Below are positions 63,703-64,000 of a stretch of DNA of 64,000 nt, piece by piece. The notes beneath the pieces are model-generated. The model was not told where the DNA came from. It ran no database searches and saw nothing but the letters and a program-made list of their open reading frames with translations. The stretch lies in the NCBI RefSeq assembly GCF_009914755.1, contig NC_060941.1, one strand, 5' to 3'. Origin of the DNA: the human T2T-CHM13v2.0 reference genome, Homo sapiens. The translations under genes were made by a program, and so were the position numbers. Position 1 is the stretch's first letter. Each line of letters begins with the position of its first letter.

Positions 63703-64000
63703 CTTTACTCCATTTTCCTCTAATTTTCCTATCCACAGCCTCCTTTTCCTTACCCTAAGGTAACCTTTTAAAATTTATTTGCTTCACTTTATCTATCTTT
63801 ATGTGTATGTGTGCAGCAAGAAACTGAACAGAATTTTGGCAAAGAGGGTTGTTTGTAGATGTGAATATTTCCTCTTGGCTTGGTGGAGGTCTTTTTCCTG
63901 GAAGCCACTTCCTGGGGCTTACGTGGGGGAGAGGACACAGTCTTCTGTTGAATTTACAAACACTGCTTCCCTGGCCACCTGCCCACCCTTGATGAGAAGG

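Overview
Repeat-rich primate (human-like) intergenic DNA with no intact protein-coding gene, rRNA, tRNA or CRISPR array. All long ORFs derive from L1, Alu, LTR or pseudogene sequence. Three L1-mobilised cellular RNAs lie within ~11.5 kb: a 5'-truncated GARS1 processed pseudogene split by an LTR9, a tailless U6 retrocopy, and a PEPD (prolidase) retrocopy. The PEPD copy is the most interesting element. It starts at the PEPD 5' UTR and follows the coding sequence to codon 223/224. It then continues into ~1.26 kb of non-canonical sequence ending in AATAAA, poly(A) and a degenerate target-site duplication (TSD). It reads as a fossil of an alternative-last-exon PEPD isoform that lacks the catalytic core. 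A twin-primed L1PA and then an AluY lie nested within it. Its 5' end is still CpG-island-like. A second major signal is a ~7.75 kb inversion (~26115-33863) that splits an AluSp and a MER52 LTR together with their MIR and L1PB hosts. A third is a pair of L1PB copies sharing the same 5' truncation point and private mutations. Repeat subfamily names and parent-gene details are from my memory of consensus sequences, not from a database search.
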